Source: Allosphingosinicella sp.
GTDB taxonomy: Bacteria; Pseudomonadota; Alphaproteobacteria; Sphingomonadales; Sphingomonadaceae
Direction: 5' to 3'
DNA: 64,000 bases
Assembly (NCBI GenBank): GCA_045811485.1
Contig: JBJMTX010000021.1
Coordinates: 18,570-82,569 of the forward strand
Under the pieces are notes generated by a model. It was given only the letters and a program-made list of their open reading frames with translations, ran no database searches and was not told the origin of the DNA. A program made the translations under genes and the position numbers. Below are positions 9,525 to 18,326 of this stretch, one piece after another (within the stretch, counting starts at the first letter, position 1; each line of letters starts with the position of its first letter).

Positions 9525-10456
9525 CCGCGCGATCCGTCGTATCGATCCGCAACCTCTCCAAGGTCTATGCCGGGGGCCATGAGGCGCTGAAGGATGTCAG
9601 CCTCGACATCGCCAAGGGCGAGATCTTCGCCCTGCTCGGCCCCAACGGCGCCGGCAAGACGACGCTGATCAGCATCGTCTGCGGGATCGTCACCGCGACC
9701 TCGGGCGAGGTCGAGGCCGACGGCCGCGATATCGTTCGCGATTATCGCTGGGCGCGAAGCAGGATCGGGCTGGTGCCGCAGGAGCTCCACACCGACGCGT
9801 TCGAGAGCGTGTGGTCGACGGTGAGCTTCAGCCGCGGCCTGTTCGGAAAGCCGCCCTCGCCTGCGCATATCGAGAAAGTGCTCAAGGACCTGTCGCTGTG
9901 GGACAAGCGCAAGTCGAAGATCATGGAGCTTTCGGGGGGAATGAAGCGCCGGGTGATGATCGCGAAGGCGCTCAGCCACGAGCCCGACATCCTCTTCCTC
10001 GACGAGCCCACCGCCGGAGTCGACGTCGAGCTTCGCCGCGACATGTGGGCGCTCGTCCGCCGCCTTCGCGAGAGCGGAGTGACGATCATCCTCACCACCC
10101 ATTATATCGAGGAAGCGGAGGAGATGGCGGACCGGGTCGGGGTCATCTCGAAAGGCGAGCTGATCCTCGTCGAGGAGAAGACCGAGCTGATGAAGAAGCT
10201 CGGCAAGAAGGAGCTCACGCTCCACCTCGCCGAGCCGCTCGCCGCGATCCCGCCCGAGCTCGCCGAATGGGAGCTCGAGCTCCGCGCCGACGGAACCGAT
10301 CTCCTCTACGTCTTCGACGGCAAGGCGGAGCGGACCGGCATTCCCTCCCTACTCTCGCGGATGCGGGACCTCGGAATCGCCTTCAAGGACCTCAACACCC
10401 GGCAGAGCTCGCTCGAGGACATCTTCGTCTCCCTCGTCCACGGGAGGGCGCGATGA
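9521..10456 (+). CDS. ABC-2 transporter ATP-binding protein (YadG-like)
   Basis: [17 protein letters not shown] and LDEPTAGVD motifs. Confidence 0.95.
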   Translation: MTARSVVSIRNLSKVYAGGHEALKDVSLDIAKGEIFALLGPNGAGKTTLISIVCGIVTATSGEVEADGRDIVRDYRWARSRIGLVPQELHTDAFESVWSTVSFSRGLFGKPPSPAHIEKVLKDLSLWDKRKSKIMELSGGMKRRVMIAKALSHEPDILFLDEPTAGVDVELRRDMWALVRRLRESGVTIILTTHYIEEAEEMADRVGVISKGELILVEEKTELMKKLGKKELTLHLAEPLAAIPPELAEWELELRADGTDLLYVFDGKAERTGIPSLLSRMRDLGIAFKDLNTRQSSLEDIFVSLVHGRAR

Positions 10457-11220
10457 CCTTCAACGGCTACGGCGTCTGGGCGATCTATCGCTTTGAAATG
10501 GCCCGGGCGCTCCGCACCCTGTGGCAGAGCCTGGTCACTCCGGTGATCACCACTTCGCTCTATTTCGTCGTCTTCGGCTCGGCGATCGGATCGCGGATGA
10601 CCGAGGTCCAGGGCGTCCCCTACGGCGCCTTCATCGTGCCGGGCCTGGTCATGCTCTCCTTGTTCACCCAGAGCCTGTTCAACGCCAGCTTCGGGATCTT
10701 CTTCCCCAAGTTCACCGGCACCATCTACGAGGTCCTCTCGGCACCGATCTCGCCCTTCGAGATCGTCCTCGGCTATGTCGGCGCGGCGGCGACCAAATCG
10801 GTCGCTCTGGGCCTGATCATCCTCGCGACGGCGGCCTTCTTCGTTCCGATCCACATCCTCCATCCGCTCTTCATGGTCGGCTTCCTGGTGCTCGTCTCGC
10901 TCGCCTTCAGCCTGTTCGGCTTCATCATCGGCATCTGGGGCAAGAATTTCGAGCAGATCCAGTTCGTGCCGATGCTGATCGTCACGCCTCTGACCTTCCT
11001 CGGCGGCGCCTTCTATTCGGTCGACATGCTGCCCGCGCCGTGGCGGACCGCGACCCTGTTCAACCCCGTCGTCTACCTGATCAGCGGCTTCCGCTGGGCC
11101 TTCTATGGAGTGGGCGACGTCGCGGTGGAGGCGAGCCTCGGGGCGACCCTCGGCTTCCTACTGGTCTGCCTCGGAGTCGTCGCCTGGATGTTCAGGACCG
11201 GATACCGGCTGAAGACGTAG
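10453..11220 (+). CDS. ABC-2 transporter permease (YadH-like)
   Basis: ATG at 10453 overlaps the ATPase stop; six hydrophobic segments; [11 protein letters not shown]. Confidence 0.93.
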   Translation: MTFNGYGVWAIYRFEMARALRTLWQSLVTPVITTSLYFVVFGSAIGSRMTEVQGVPYGAFIVPGLVMLSLFTQSLFNASFGIFFPKFTGTIYEVLSAPISPFEIVLGYVGAAATKSVALGLIILATAAFFVPIHILHPLFMVGFLVLVSLAFSLFGFIIGIWGKNFEQIQFVPMLIVTPLTFLGGAFYSVDMLPAPWRTATLFNPVVYLISGFRWAFYGVGDVAVEASLGATLGFLLVCLGVVAWMFRTGYRLKT

Positions 11221-11227
11221 GGCCCGC

Positions 11228-11311
11228 CGTCATTGCGAGCGAAGCGAAGCAATCCAGTACGGCCTCTGAGGCCCGCTGGATTGCTTCGTCGCTACGCTCC
11301 TCGCAATGACG
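11228..11311. repeat. CGTC-tagged palindromic dimer (family B)
   Basis: CGTCATTGCGAGCGAAGCGAAGCAATCCAG...CTGGATTGCTTCGTCGCTACGCTCCTCGCAATGACG, between convergent genes. Confidence 0.92.
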
Positions 11312-11313
11312 AC

Positions 11314-11862
11314 CTATTCCACCCGGAACCGGGCCAGGTCCGCCTTCGGCTCGCGCCATTTGGGATCGATCCGGCTCGCCTCGCGATAATCGTGATAGGC
11401 GGCGGCGGCGCGTCCGGTGAGCTCGTTGGCCATCGCCCGCCCGTAATAAGCGAGCGCGGGCTTGCGGGTCCGCTTGGCAAGCGCGCTGTCGAACATCGGC
11501 ACCGCCTGCTGCGCCGCGTCGGTTCGGTTGAGCAGGGCGAAGCCCTTGTTCAGATAGGCCTCCGCCTCGTTCGGATCGTTGCGCAAGGCCAAATCGTAAT
11601 CGGCGATCGCTTCGTCGACATTGCCGAGCCGGGCCTTGAGTATGCCTCGATTGACCAGGGTCGCGGTGAGGTCGTTGTCGCTCAGAGCGTCATGCGTGAT
11701 CGCCTCGTTGCACTCGCGAAGCGAGTCCGGAAGCGGCTTGCTGCGCGACTCCGCCGCGAGATAGCAGAGTCGGGCGGAGCTGCTTCCGAGGACTGAGACC
11801 GCCGCAGCGGCCGGGGATGCCGCGGCGATCGCCGCGACGGCTAAGAGGAATTTACGGCCCAT
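11314..11862 (-). CDS. Secreted TPR-repeat protein
   Basis: Signal peptide; TPR-like helices (ATLVNRGIL..., AEAYLNKG..., ALAYYGRA...). Confidence 0.88.
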   Translation of the reverse strand: MGRKFLLAVAAIAAASPAAAAVSVLGSSSARLCYLAAESRSKPLPDSLRECNEAITHDALSDNDLTATLVNRGILKARLGNVDEAIADYDLALRNDPNEAEAYLNKGFALLNRTDAAQQAVPMFDSALAKRTRKPALAYYGRAMANELTGRAAAAYHDYREASRIDPKWREPKADLARFRVE

Positions 11863-11962
11863 GGCTGTCCTCCTTGCTGGATGCGACCTTATAACACGAT
11901 CGGATTCGTTCCGCCATCGGCACGGTCGCGGCTTCGTCGCAGCGAGCGGCGGTTTGATCGCT

Positions 11963-12072
11963 TCCTTCGATACGGGCCTTCGCCTTCGCTCAGTCCCTAC
12001 TCAGGATGAACGGTGGTTTGATCGCTCATCCTGAGTAGCCGGTGAGCGTAGTCGAACCGGCGTATCGAAGGA
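11963..12072. repeat. Inverted pair of CCTGAG/CGAAGG-type palindromic units (family C)
   Basis: TCCTTCGATACG...TACTCAGGATGA / TCATCCTGAGTA...CGTATCGAAGGA. Confidence 0.8.
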
Positions 12073-12073
12073 C

Positions 12074-13105
12074 CTAGCCCTGGAGCCGGTGCCGCTTCAG
12101 CGCGTGGCGGAGCTGGTCGTAGCTGAGGCTGAGGGCGGCCGCGGCGGCGCGCTGGTTGTAGCGGCATTTCTCGAGCGCGGCGGCGAGTATGGCCTTCTCA
12201 TATTCGGCGATGGCAAGCCGGAAGTCGGCGCAGGATTCGGGATTCCAGCTCGATCCGGCGGAGGCGGAGGTGCCGGCGGGCTCGGGCGGCAGGATTTCGA
12301 CCGTTCGCGGCTCGCTCGCCGATTGCGGCCGCCAGGGGGATTCGAACGGATCGAACTGGACCCGGTCGATCGGCTGCTCGTGATTCTCCCAGCGATAGAC
12401 GGCGCGCTCGACGACGTTCCTCAGCTCGCGGACGTTGCCGGGCCAGGTGTAGTTGAGAAGCCTGTCCATCGCGCCGGTGCTGAACCCCGGCCAGCTCGGC
12501 CATTCGAGCTCGAGCGCCATGCGGCGGGCGAAGAAATCGGTGAGGACGGGAATGTCGCTGCTCCGGTGGCGGAGCGGCGGAAGGGTGACCACCTCGAACG
12601 AGAGCCGGTCGAGCAGATCGGCGCGGAATCGGTGCCGCTCGGCGAGGCGCGGCAGGTCCTCGTTGGTGGCGGCGACGATCCGGACGTCGACATTGACCGG
12701 ACGCGAGGCGCCGATCCGGGTCACCTCGCCATATTCGACGACCCTCAGAAGCCGTTCCTGAGCGGCCTGGCTCAGGGTGGCGAGCTCGTCGAGGAACAGG
12801 GTTCCCGCGTCGGCCTCCTCGAAGCGGCCGGCGCGGGCCTTGGTGGCGCCGGTGAAGGCGCCGGCCTCGTGGCCGAACAATTCGGCCTCGATCAGGGTCT
12901 CGGGAAGAGCGGCGCAGTTCATCGTCACCAGCGGCCCGTCCCACCGCGAGGAGAGGTGGTGGAGGCGCTCGGCGATCAGCTCCTTGCCGGTGCCGCGCTC
13001 GCCGATGACGAGGACCGGGCGGTCGAGCGGCGCCGCCCGGCTCGCCCGCTCGACCGCGTCGAGGAAGGAGGAGGATTGGCCGACCAGCTGGGTATTGCGT
13101 TCCAT
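12074..13105 (-). CDS. pspF: Phage shock protein operon activator PspF (sigma54 bEBP)
   Basis: GERGTGKE, GAFTGA and FLDE motifs plus HTH; divergent from pspA; start assigned to MERNTQ. Confidence 0.95.
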   Translation of the reverse strand: MERNTQLVGQSSSFLDAVERASRAAPLDRPVLVIGERGTGKELIAERLHHLSSRWDGPLVTMNCAALPETLIEAELFGHEAGAFTGATKARAGRFEEADAGTLFLDELATLSQAAQERLLRVVEYGEVTRIGASRPVNVDVRIVAATNEDLPRLAERHRFRADLLDRLSFEVVTLPPLRHRSSDIPVLTDFFARRMALELEWPSWPGFSTGAMDRLLNYTWPGNVRELRNVVERAVYRWENHEQPIDRVQFDPFESPWRPQSASEPRTVEILPPEPAGTSASAGSSWNPESCADFRLAIAEYEKAILAAALEKCRYNQRAAAAALSLSYDQLRHALKRHRLQG

Positions 13106-13206
13106 GCCCAAATATTGGGACGATCTCCCACGGATTGGCAAGAAAAAGCTGGCGGAGAAACGGCCGAAATCGCGGGAAATCGCGGTTTTCCGCCACTTTC
13201 GCCAAC

Positions 13207-13221
13207 TGGCACGCGCCTTGA
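13207..13221 (+). promoter_or_regulatory. Putative sigma54 -24/-12 promoter of the psp operon
   Basis: TGGCAC-GCGCC-TTGA against consensus TGGCAC-N5-TTGC (one deviation); divergent bEBP pspF. Confidence 0.7.
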
Positions 13222-13279
13222 AAGAGATTGGGCATACCGTCGCAAGGCGGAGACGAATTCAGGGACCAGGGAGGAAGAA

Positions 13280-13441
13280 ATGGTCGACATGGGCAAGATG
13301 GGGCAGATGGTGGTGGCGACGGTCGGAGCGATGCTCCTGACCGCGACCGCGGTGGGAGCGGCCGTCGGGCCGGCCCGGGCGATCGAGACCGCTCCGGTCA
13401 GCCTTGTGGCGACTTCGGTTTCGGGGCAGGCTTTGGCCTGA
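13280..13441 (+). CDS. Small membrane or secreted peptide, 53 aa, first in the psp transcript
   Basis: MVDMGKMGQMVVATVGAMLLTATAVGAAVGPARAIETAPVSLVATSVSGQALA; GGAGG SD upstream. Confidence 0.7.
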   Translation: MVDMGKMGQMVVATVGAMLLTATAVGAAVGPARAIETAPVSLVATSVSGQALA

Positions 13442-13522
13442 ACCGAGGGCGGCGGCGCGGGAAGGTTCGCCCCCTTGCCTTTCCGGCCGCCGCCTCAGCA
13501 ATGCGTTCCAAGGAGTGACTGA

Positions 13523-14194
13523 ATGGGCATTTTCTCCCGCACCCGCGACATCGTGGCGGCCAATTTCGCCGACCTGCTCGACAAGGCGGAAGACCCGGCA
13601 AAGATGATCCGGATGATCATCCTCGAGATGGAGGAGACTTTGGTCGAGGTCCGCGCCTCCGCGGCCCGGACGATCGCCGACCAGAAGGAGATGCGCCGGC
13701 AGATCGCCCGCCTCGACAAGCTCCAGGAGAGCTGGACCGAGAAGGCCGAGCTCGCGCTTTCGAAAGGGCGGGAGGATCTCGCCAAGGCCGCGCTGGTCGA
13801 GAAGCAGAAGGCGGGCGACATGGGCGACAGCCTCAAGTCCGAGATCGAGCTTCTCGACGACGCTCTTCGCGCCTCCGAAGCCGACATCGCCAAGCTCCAG
13901 AACAAGCTTCGCGAGGCCCGCACCCGCCAGAACGCGATCCAGAGCCGGCTCGAGAGCGCCAACCAGCGCGCCCGCCTCCGGGAGATGTATGCCGGCCCCA
14001 AGGTGGACGAGGCCTTCTCGCGCTTCGATGTCCTCGAGCGGCGCGCCGACCAGGCCGAAGGCCGTGCCGACGCGCTCGCGCTCGGCGCTCCGCCCAAGAC
14101 GCTGGAGGAGGAGATCGCCGAGCTTCGCAATTCCGAGAAGGTCGATGCCGAGCTCGAGGCGCTGAAGGCGCGCCTGGGCAAGAAGGAGGGCTGA
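13523..14194 (+). CDS. pspA: Phage shock protein A
   Basis: MGIFSRTRDIVAAN...AEDPAKMIR; coiled coil. Confidence 0.97.
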   Translation: MGIFSRTRDIVAANFADLLDKAEDPAKMIRMIILEMEETLVEVRASAARTIADQKEMRRQIARLDKLQESWTEKAELALSKGREDLAKAALVEKQKAGDMGDSLKSEIELLDDALRASEADIAKLQNKLREARTRQNAIQSRLESANQRARLREMYAGPKVDEAFSRFDVLERRADQAEGRADALALGAPPKTLEEEIAELRNSEKVDAELEALKARLGKKEG

Positions 14195-14198
14195 GGCG

Positions 14199-14510
14199 AT
14201 GGATACCCAACCGATATTCGTCGTCGTGCTGGTGATCGGGATCCTCGGAATCCTGTTCGTCGCTCTGCCCTGGCTGGTTTTCCACTACATTACGCGCTGG
14301 AAGACCGCTGCGACTCTGACCCACGAGGACGAAAAGCTGATGGAAGAGCTTTACGACCTTGCCCGCCGCCTAGACGAACGCATGTGCACGCTCGAGCGGA
14401 TCCAGACCGCCGAGAACCCGAACTGGCGGCAGGTCGCCTGCGACCCGGTCTCGACCGGAATCGAGGACCGCACCGTCACCAACCAGGCCGCAGGAAGGAT
14501 CGGTCGATGA
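14199..14510 (+). CDS. pspB: Phage shock protein B
   Basis: TM segment, HYITRWK, RMCTLERI; lies between pspA and pspC. Confidence 0.9.
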   Translation: MDTQPIFVVVLVIGILGILFVALPWLVFHYITRWKTAATLTHEDEKLMEELYDLARRLDERMCTLERIQTAENPNWRQVACDPVSTGIEDRTVTNQAAGRIGR

Positions 14511-14890
14511 GCGCCCGCCACACCAAATTCTACCTCGACAAGCAGAACCGCAAATGGAAGGGCGTCTGCGCCGGCATCGCCGACTATACCGGGGTCGACG
14601 TCACCATCATCCGGATCGGAATGGTCCTGCTGACCTTCCTGGGCGGCTTTCCCTGGACGTTCATCGCCTACTGGGTGATCGCCTGGATGGCGCCGGTGAA
14701 GCCCTACGATCTCGCCACCGAGACGCCCGAGCAGGCGAAGTTCTGGCAGGGCGTGCGAGCCTCGCCGGCGCGGACCGTCCGCGACGTTCGCTCGCGCTTC
14801 CGCGACATCGATCGCCGCCTCGCTGAGGTCGAGACCTATGTGACCAGTTCGAACAGCCGTCTCGCCCGCGAGATCGATCAGCTGCGCTGA
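14507..14890 (+). CDS. pspC: Phage shock protein C
   Basis: YLDKQNRKWKGVCAGIADYTG PspC motif; ATG at 14507. Confidence 0.93.
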   Translation: MSARHTKFYLDKQNRKWKGVCAGIADYTGVDVTIIRIGMVLLTFLGGFPWTFIAYWVIAWMAPVKPYDLATETPEQAKFWQGVRASPARTVRDVRSRFRDIDRRLAEVETYVTSSNSRLAREIDQLR

Positions 14891-14913
14891 CGGCTAAAAG
14901 GGGGAATTGCAAC

Positions 14914-15183
14914 GTGGACAATCTCGGCATCCTGATACCGATAGCCGCCATCACGATCGGTCCGCTCGCCTGGGTCGCCAACAACTGGATCCGTGCCCGC
15001 CACGGCTATCCGCTCGCCGATCGCAAAGGCCGGTTGACCGAGCATGACGCGCCGGCGCTTCGCGCCGAAAATGAGGCGCTGAAGAGCGACGTGCAACGGT
15101 TGGAGGAAAGGCTGCGAGTGCTCGAGCGGATCGCCACCGATCCCGCCGAGCGCACCGCGCGCGAGATCGAAAGCCTCCGCTGA
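14914..15183 (+). CDS. PspB/C-like small membrane protein, paralogue 1
   Basis: N-terminal TM, RHGYPL, RLRVLERIATD...REIESLR. Confidence 0.85.
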   Translation: MDNLGILIPIAAITIGPLAWVANNWIRARHGYPLADRKGRLTEHDAPALRAENEALKSDVQRLEERLRVLERIATDPAERTAREIESLR

Positions 15184-15205
15184 GGCTGGAACAGGGGAAG
15201 GGACA

Positions 15206-15526
15206 ATGGAAAATTTCAAGCTCATATCGGAGCTCATGCCGCTCGTCGGGGTCATCGCTCTGGTCGGAGTCGGCGGCTGGGTGTTCACCACCTGGCTCAG
15301 GATCAAGAACGGCTATCCGCTCGACGGAGCCTGGGGCCAGGCCGTCTATCCCAGGACCAGCGACGAGGCGATGGAGCGGATCAAGCTCATCTCCGCTGAA
15401 AACGCCCAGCTCCGAGCCGAGCTGGGCTCGGTCAAGGACCGGCTCGCGACGATCGAGCGGATCGTCACCGACGACAGCCACCGCCTGACGCAGGAGATCG
15501 AAGCCCTGCGCCTGCCGAAGAATTGA
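15206..15526 (+). CDS. PspB/C-like small membrane protein, paralogue 2
   Basis: TM, KNGYPL, RLATIERIVTD...QEIEALR. Confidence 0.88.
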   Translation: MENFKLISELMPLVGVIALVGVGGWVFTTWLRIKNGYPLDGAWGQAVYPRTSDEAMERIKLISAENAQLRAELGSVKDRLATIERIVTDDSHRLTQEIEALRLPKN

Positions 15527-15536
15527 GGAGGAAGAA

Positions 15537-15788
15537 TTGATCGCCACCTGGATCTGGGTGCTCATCCCCATTGCCGCCATCCTGGCCGGCGTGATGAAGC
15601 GCTACCTCGACATCAAGGAAAAGCAGATCGAAGCGGTAACCCACCAGTCGGCGGAGAAGGCGGCGCAATATGCCGCCCATACCGAACGGCTCGAGCAGCG
15701 TATGCGCGTGCTCGAGCGGATCGTCACCGACAAGGGCATCGACGTCGCCGACGAGATCGGGCGGCTTCGCGACCAGTCGTCGCATTAG
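15537..15788 (+). CDS. PspB/C-like small membrane protein, paralogue 3
   Basis: TTG start after GAGGAGG; TM; RMRVLERIVTD...DEIGRLR. Confidence 0.85.
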   Translation: MIATWIWVLIPIAAILAGVMKRYLDIKEKQIEAVTHQSAEKAAQYAAHTERLEQRMRVLERIVTDKGIDVADEIGRLRDQSSH

Positions 15789-15803
15789 GCCTGGAGGCGT
15801 AAC

Positions 15804-16058
15804 GTGAACAAGTTCGAGTTCGTCATCGCCATCGTCGCCATCGTCATGGTCGCGAGCGTCCTCAAGGCGCGCTACGGAGTCCATCATCGCCGCAACCGCG
15901 GCGAGGCAGGCGAGCAAGGCGAAGCGGCCGCGGTCGAGAACGACCGCCTCAGGGAGGAGGTGCGAGCGCTTCGCGACCGGATCGCCGTGCTCGAGCGGAT
16001 CACGGTCGAGAAGGAGAGCAGCCTCGAGCGGGAGATCGAAAGGCTTCGCGACCGGTGA
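15804..16058 (+). CDS. PspB/C-like small membrane protein, paralogue 4
   Basis: GTG start after GGAGG; TM; RIAVLERIT...REIERLR. Confidence 0.85.
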   Translation: MNKFEFVIAIVAIVMVASVLKARYGVHHRRNRGEAGEQGEAAAVENDRLREEVRALRDRIAVLERITVEKESSLEREIERLRDR

Positions 16059-16273
16059 TCGACCCGGGCCTCCTCGCTTTGTCCGCGTCCGGGCTTATCG
16101 GGGTCGCGCTCGCAAGCGCGGCGGCCTTGAAGGGCTGGAGCGGCTGGCTGGAGCTTCGGCGGCTGGATATCGCCCGCCGGGGCCCTGTCCCATCGGATGC
16201 CCGGCCGCAGCTCGGCGAGCTTCGCGCCCGGGTCCGGCGGCTGGAAGCGATCGCCAGCGGCGTGGAACACTAG
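16055..16273 (+). CDS. PspB/C-like small membrane protein, paralogue 5
   Basis: GTGA overlap with the previous gene; TM; RVRRLEAIA. Confidence 0.8.
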   Translation: MIDPGLLALSASGLIGVALASAAALKGWSGWLELRRLDIARRGPVPSDARPQLGELRARVRRLEAIASGVEH

Positions 16274-16413
16274 CGTCATTGCGAGCGGAGCGAAGTAATC
16301 CTGAGCACCGGCCCGTTCACGCGCCTTGTCTGGATTGCTTCGTCGCTGCCGCGCAGCGGCAGTTTATCCTGAGCGCCGCCGCGGGCGGCGTCGAAGGGCT
16401 CCTCGCAATGACG
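16274..16413. repeat. Family B dimer with an extra CCTGAG...GTCGAAGG segment nested in the right arm
   Basis: CGTCATTGCGAGCGGAGCGAAG...TGGATTGCTTCGTCGCT[about 55 nt including ATCCTGAGCGCCGCCGCGGGCGGCGTCGAAGG]GCTCCTCGCAATGACG. Confidence 0.85.
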
Positions 16414-16438
16414 GATGGGCTCTGCTACCCGCGCCCCC

Positions 16439-16843
16439 ATGCAATCCCTCGCCGACGTCCAGGCCGATTACGAGCTGCTGGAGCCCGACGACCGCTACCG
16501 GCTGCTGATCGATCTCGGCCGGGCGCTCGAGCCGATGCCCGACGCGCTCAAGACCGATGCGACCCTGGTCCGCGGCTGCTCGGCCTCGGTCTGGCTCTAC
16601 CCCGTGCCGGGCGCGGACGGCCGGCTCCATTTCCTCGCCGACAGCAACGCTGCCATCACCAAGGGCATCGTCGCGCTCGTCCTGCTCACCGTCCAGGACC
16701 GCTCGCCCCAAGAGATACTCGCCACCGACATCGGGGCGGCGCTCGCGCCCTTCGACCTCCGCAACCAGCTCAGCTCGAACCGCACCCAGGGCATCCCCAA
16801 CATGATCGCCCTGGTCCGAGAGACCGCGGAGCGGCTGGCGTGA
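16439..16843 (+). CDS. sufE: SufE family Fe-S assembly sulfur acceptor
   Basis: RYRLLIDLG, VRGCSASVW, ADSNA and LSSNRTQG motifs. Confidence 0.93.
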   Translation: MQSLADVQADYELLEPDDRYRLLIDLGRALEPMPDALKTDATLVRGCSASVWLYPVPGADGRLHFLADSNAAITKGIVALVLLTVQDRSPQEILATDIGAALAPFDLRNQLSSNRTQGIPNMIALVRETAERLA

Positions 16844-17259
16844 CCGGCTTCGACCCCGAGCGGTTCACCGAATATGCCCGCCAGGTCGGCCATGGCGGCG
16901 CTCTCGGCATCCTCTACGTCGGCCACGGCGAGGACTGGGTCGAGCTCGGCCTCGACTGGCAGGAGAAGCTGGTGGGCGTTCCCGACACGGGCGTGCTCGC
17001 CTCGGGTCCGATCATCAGCCTGATGGACATGGCGACCAGCATGGCGATCTGGGTCCGCTTGGGCCATTTCCGCCACCAGGCGACGCTCGACATGCGCATC
17101 GACTATCTTCGCCCCGCCGAGCCCGGCAGGCGAATCGTCGGCCGCGGCGAATGCTACGGCGTGACCAAGAGCGTCGGCTTCGTGCGGGGAATGGCGCACG
17201 ACGGCGATGCGGCCGATCCCGTCGCCCATGTCACAGGTACGTTCATGTTTACGGCGTGA
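16840..17259 (+). CDS. PaaI-family thioesterase
   Basis: GTG overlaps the sufE stop; SGPIISLMD and ATLDMRIDYLRPA hotdog-fold motifs. Confidence 0.9.
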   Translation: MTGFDPERFTEYARQVGHGGALGILYVGHGEDWVELGLDWQEKLVGVPDTGVLASGPIISLMDMATSMAIWVRLGHFRHQATLDMRIDYLRPAEPGRRIVGRGECYGVTKSVGFVRGMAHDGDAADPVAHVTGTFMFTA

Positions 17260-17343
17260 CGTCATCCCGGCGGAAGCCGCCAGGAACCAATGCCGGTTCG
17301 GAAAGTCCGGTGTTCCTGGGCCCCGGCTTTCGCGGGGGTGACG
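17260..17343. repeat. CGTC-tagged palindromic dimer (family A, same subtype as the GIY-YIG flanks)
   Basis: CGTCATCCCGGCGGAAGCC..CAGGAAC...GTTCCTGGGCCCCGGCTTTCGCGGGGGTGACG. Confidence 0.85.
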
Positions 17344-17344
17344 A

Positions 17345-17875
17345 TCAAATCCCGTTTTTGCGCTCCTCAGCCTTCCTCAGCACCTCGTAAGCCGCCTGTA
17401 CGGCCTGGAAGCGAACCGCCGCCTCCGCGTCGCCCGGCGCGGCATCCGGGTGGTTGGCCTTGGCGAGGCGGCGCCAGGCGGCCTTTATCTCGGTGAACTC
17501 GGCGTCGTTTTCGAGCTCGAGCACATCGAGCGCTCGGATCTCGTCGCGGCTTCGGCTGCCGTCGCCCGGCCCGCCCCAGGCGTAATGCTGCGACTGGCGG
17601 AAGCCGTTGGCGCCGCGCGTCTCGTCCGCCTCGCGGGCGGCGGCGTCCTCCGCGGTCAGCCCCTCGAAATAATTCCAGTTGCGGTTGTACTCGGCGGCAT
17701 GGGTCTCGCAGAAATACCAGCGGTCGGGGCTGTTGGGCGATTTGGGCGCCGGGCGGTCGCCGGGCCGGTCGCAGCCGTCGCGGTCACAGGGGCGCACCTG
17801 CGCCGCCTCGCGCTTCGAGCCGTAGCCGCGCCAGCGCGGAAATCCCCAGTCGTTGGAGCGGGTCTGTCGAGCCAT
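17345..17875 (-). CDS. DnaJ-domain protein with an N-terminal Cys/His motif
   Basis: C-terminal J domain with HPD; CDRDGC...FCETH; start MARQTRS. Confidence 0.9.
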   Translation of the reverse strand: MARQTRSNDWGFPRWRGYGSKREAAQVRPCDRDGCDRPGDRPAPKSPNSPDRWYFCETHAAEYNRNWNYFEGLTAEDAAAREADETRGANGFRQSQHYAWGGPGDGSRSRDEIRALDVLELENDAEFTEIKAAWRRLAKANHPDAAPGDAEAAVRFQAVQAAYEVLRKAEERKNGI

Positions 17876-17911
17876 TATCGTCTTCTTGTCCAAACCCTTC
17901 GACGCAAAAAT

Positions 17912-18321
17912 GCCAGAGGATCTATAAGCCGGGTTCTGTCCACCCCGTAAAGGGCTGGGCGACCATTCCTCTGGGAGACGGATCGCTCCACCCCTCAAGC
18001 AACCAACCCGGACGGCATCGGCCGCAGCAGGCCCCCGTCCCTATTCGGTCTTGCTCCCGGTGGGGTTTGCCCTGCCGGCCGCCGTTGCCGGGGCCGCGGT
18101 GGGCTCTTACCCCACCCTTTCAACGTCGCAGGGCCGAAGCCTTTGCGACCTGCTTTCTGTGGCACTTTCCCTGGGGTCGCCCCCGCCGGGCGTTACCCGG
18201 CACCGTCGCTGCGCGGAGCCCGGACTTTCCTCCCGCCTACGCCAAGGCTTCGGCGGGTAAACCCTTTCGAGCTTGCCCGCCGTAGCTTCAGCGAAGGCGG
18301 GCAGCCGCCCGATCCTCTGGC
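17912..18321 (-). ncRNA. rnpB: RNase P RNA (bacterial type A)
   Basis: Minus strand contains GAGGAAAGTCCGGGCTCC and ACAGAACCCGGCTTAT; P1 ends GCCAGAGGATC / GATCCTCTGGC pair perfectly. Confidence 0.97.
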
Positions 18322-18326
18322 GGGGC

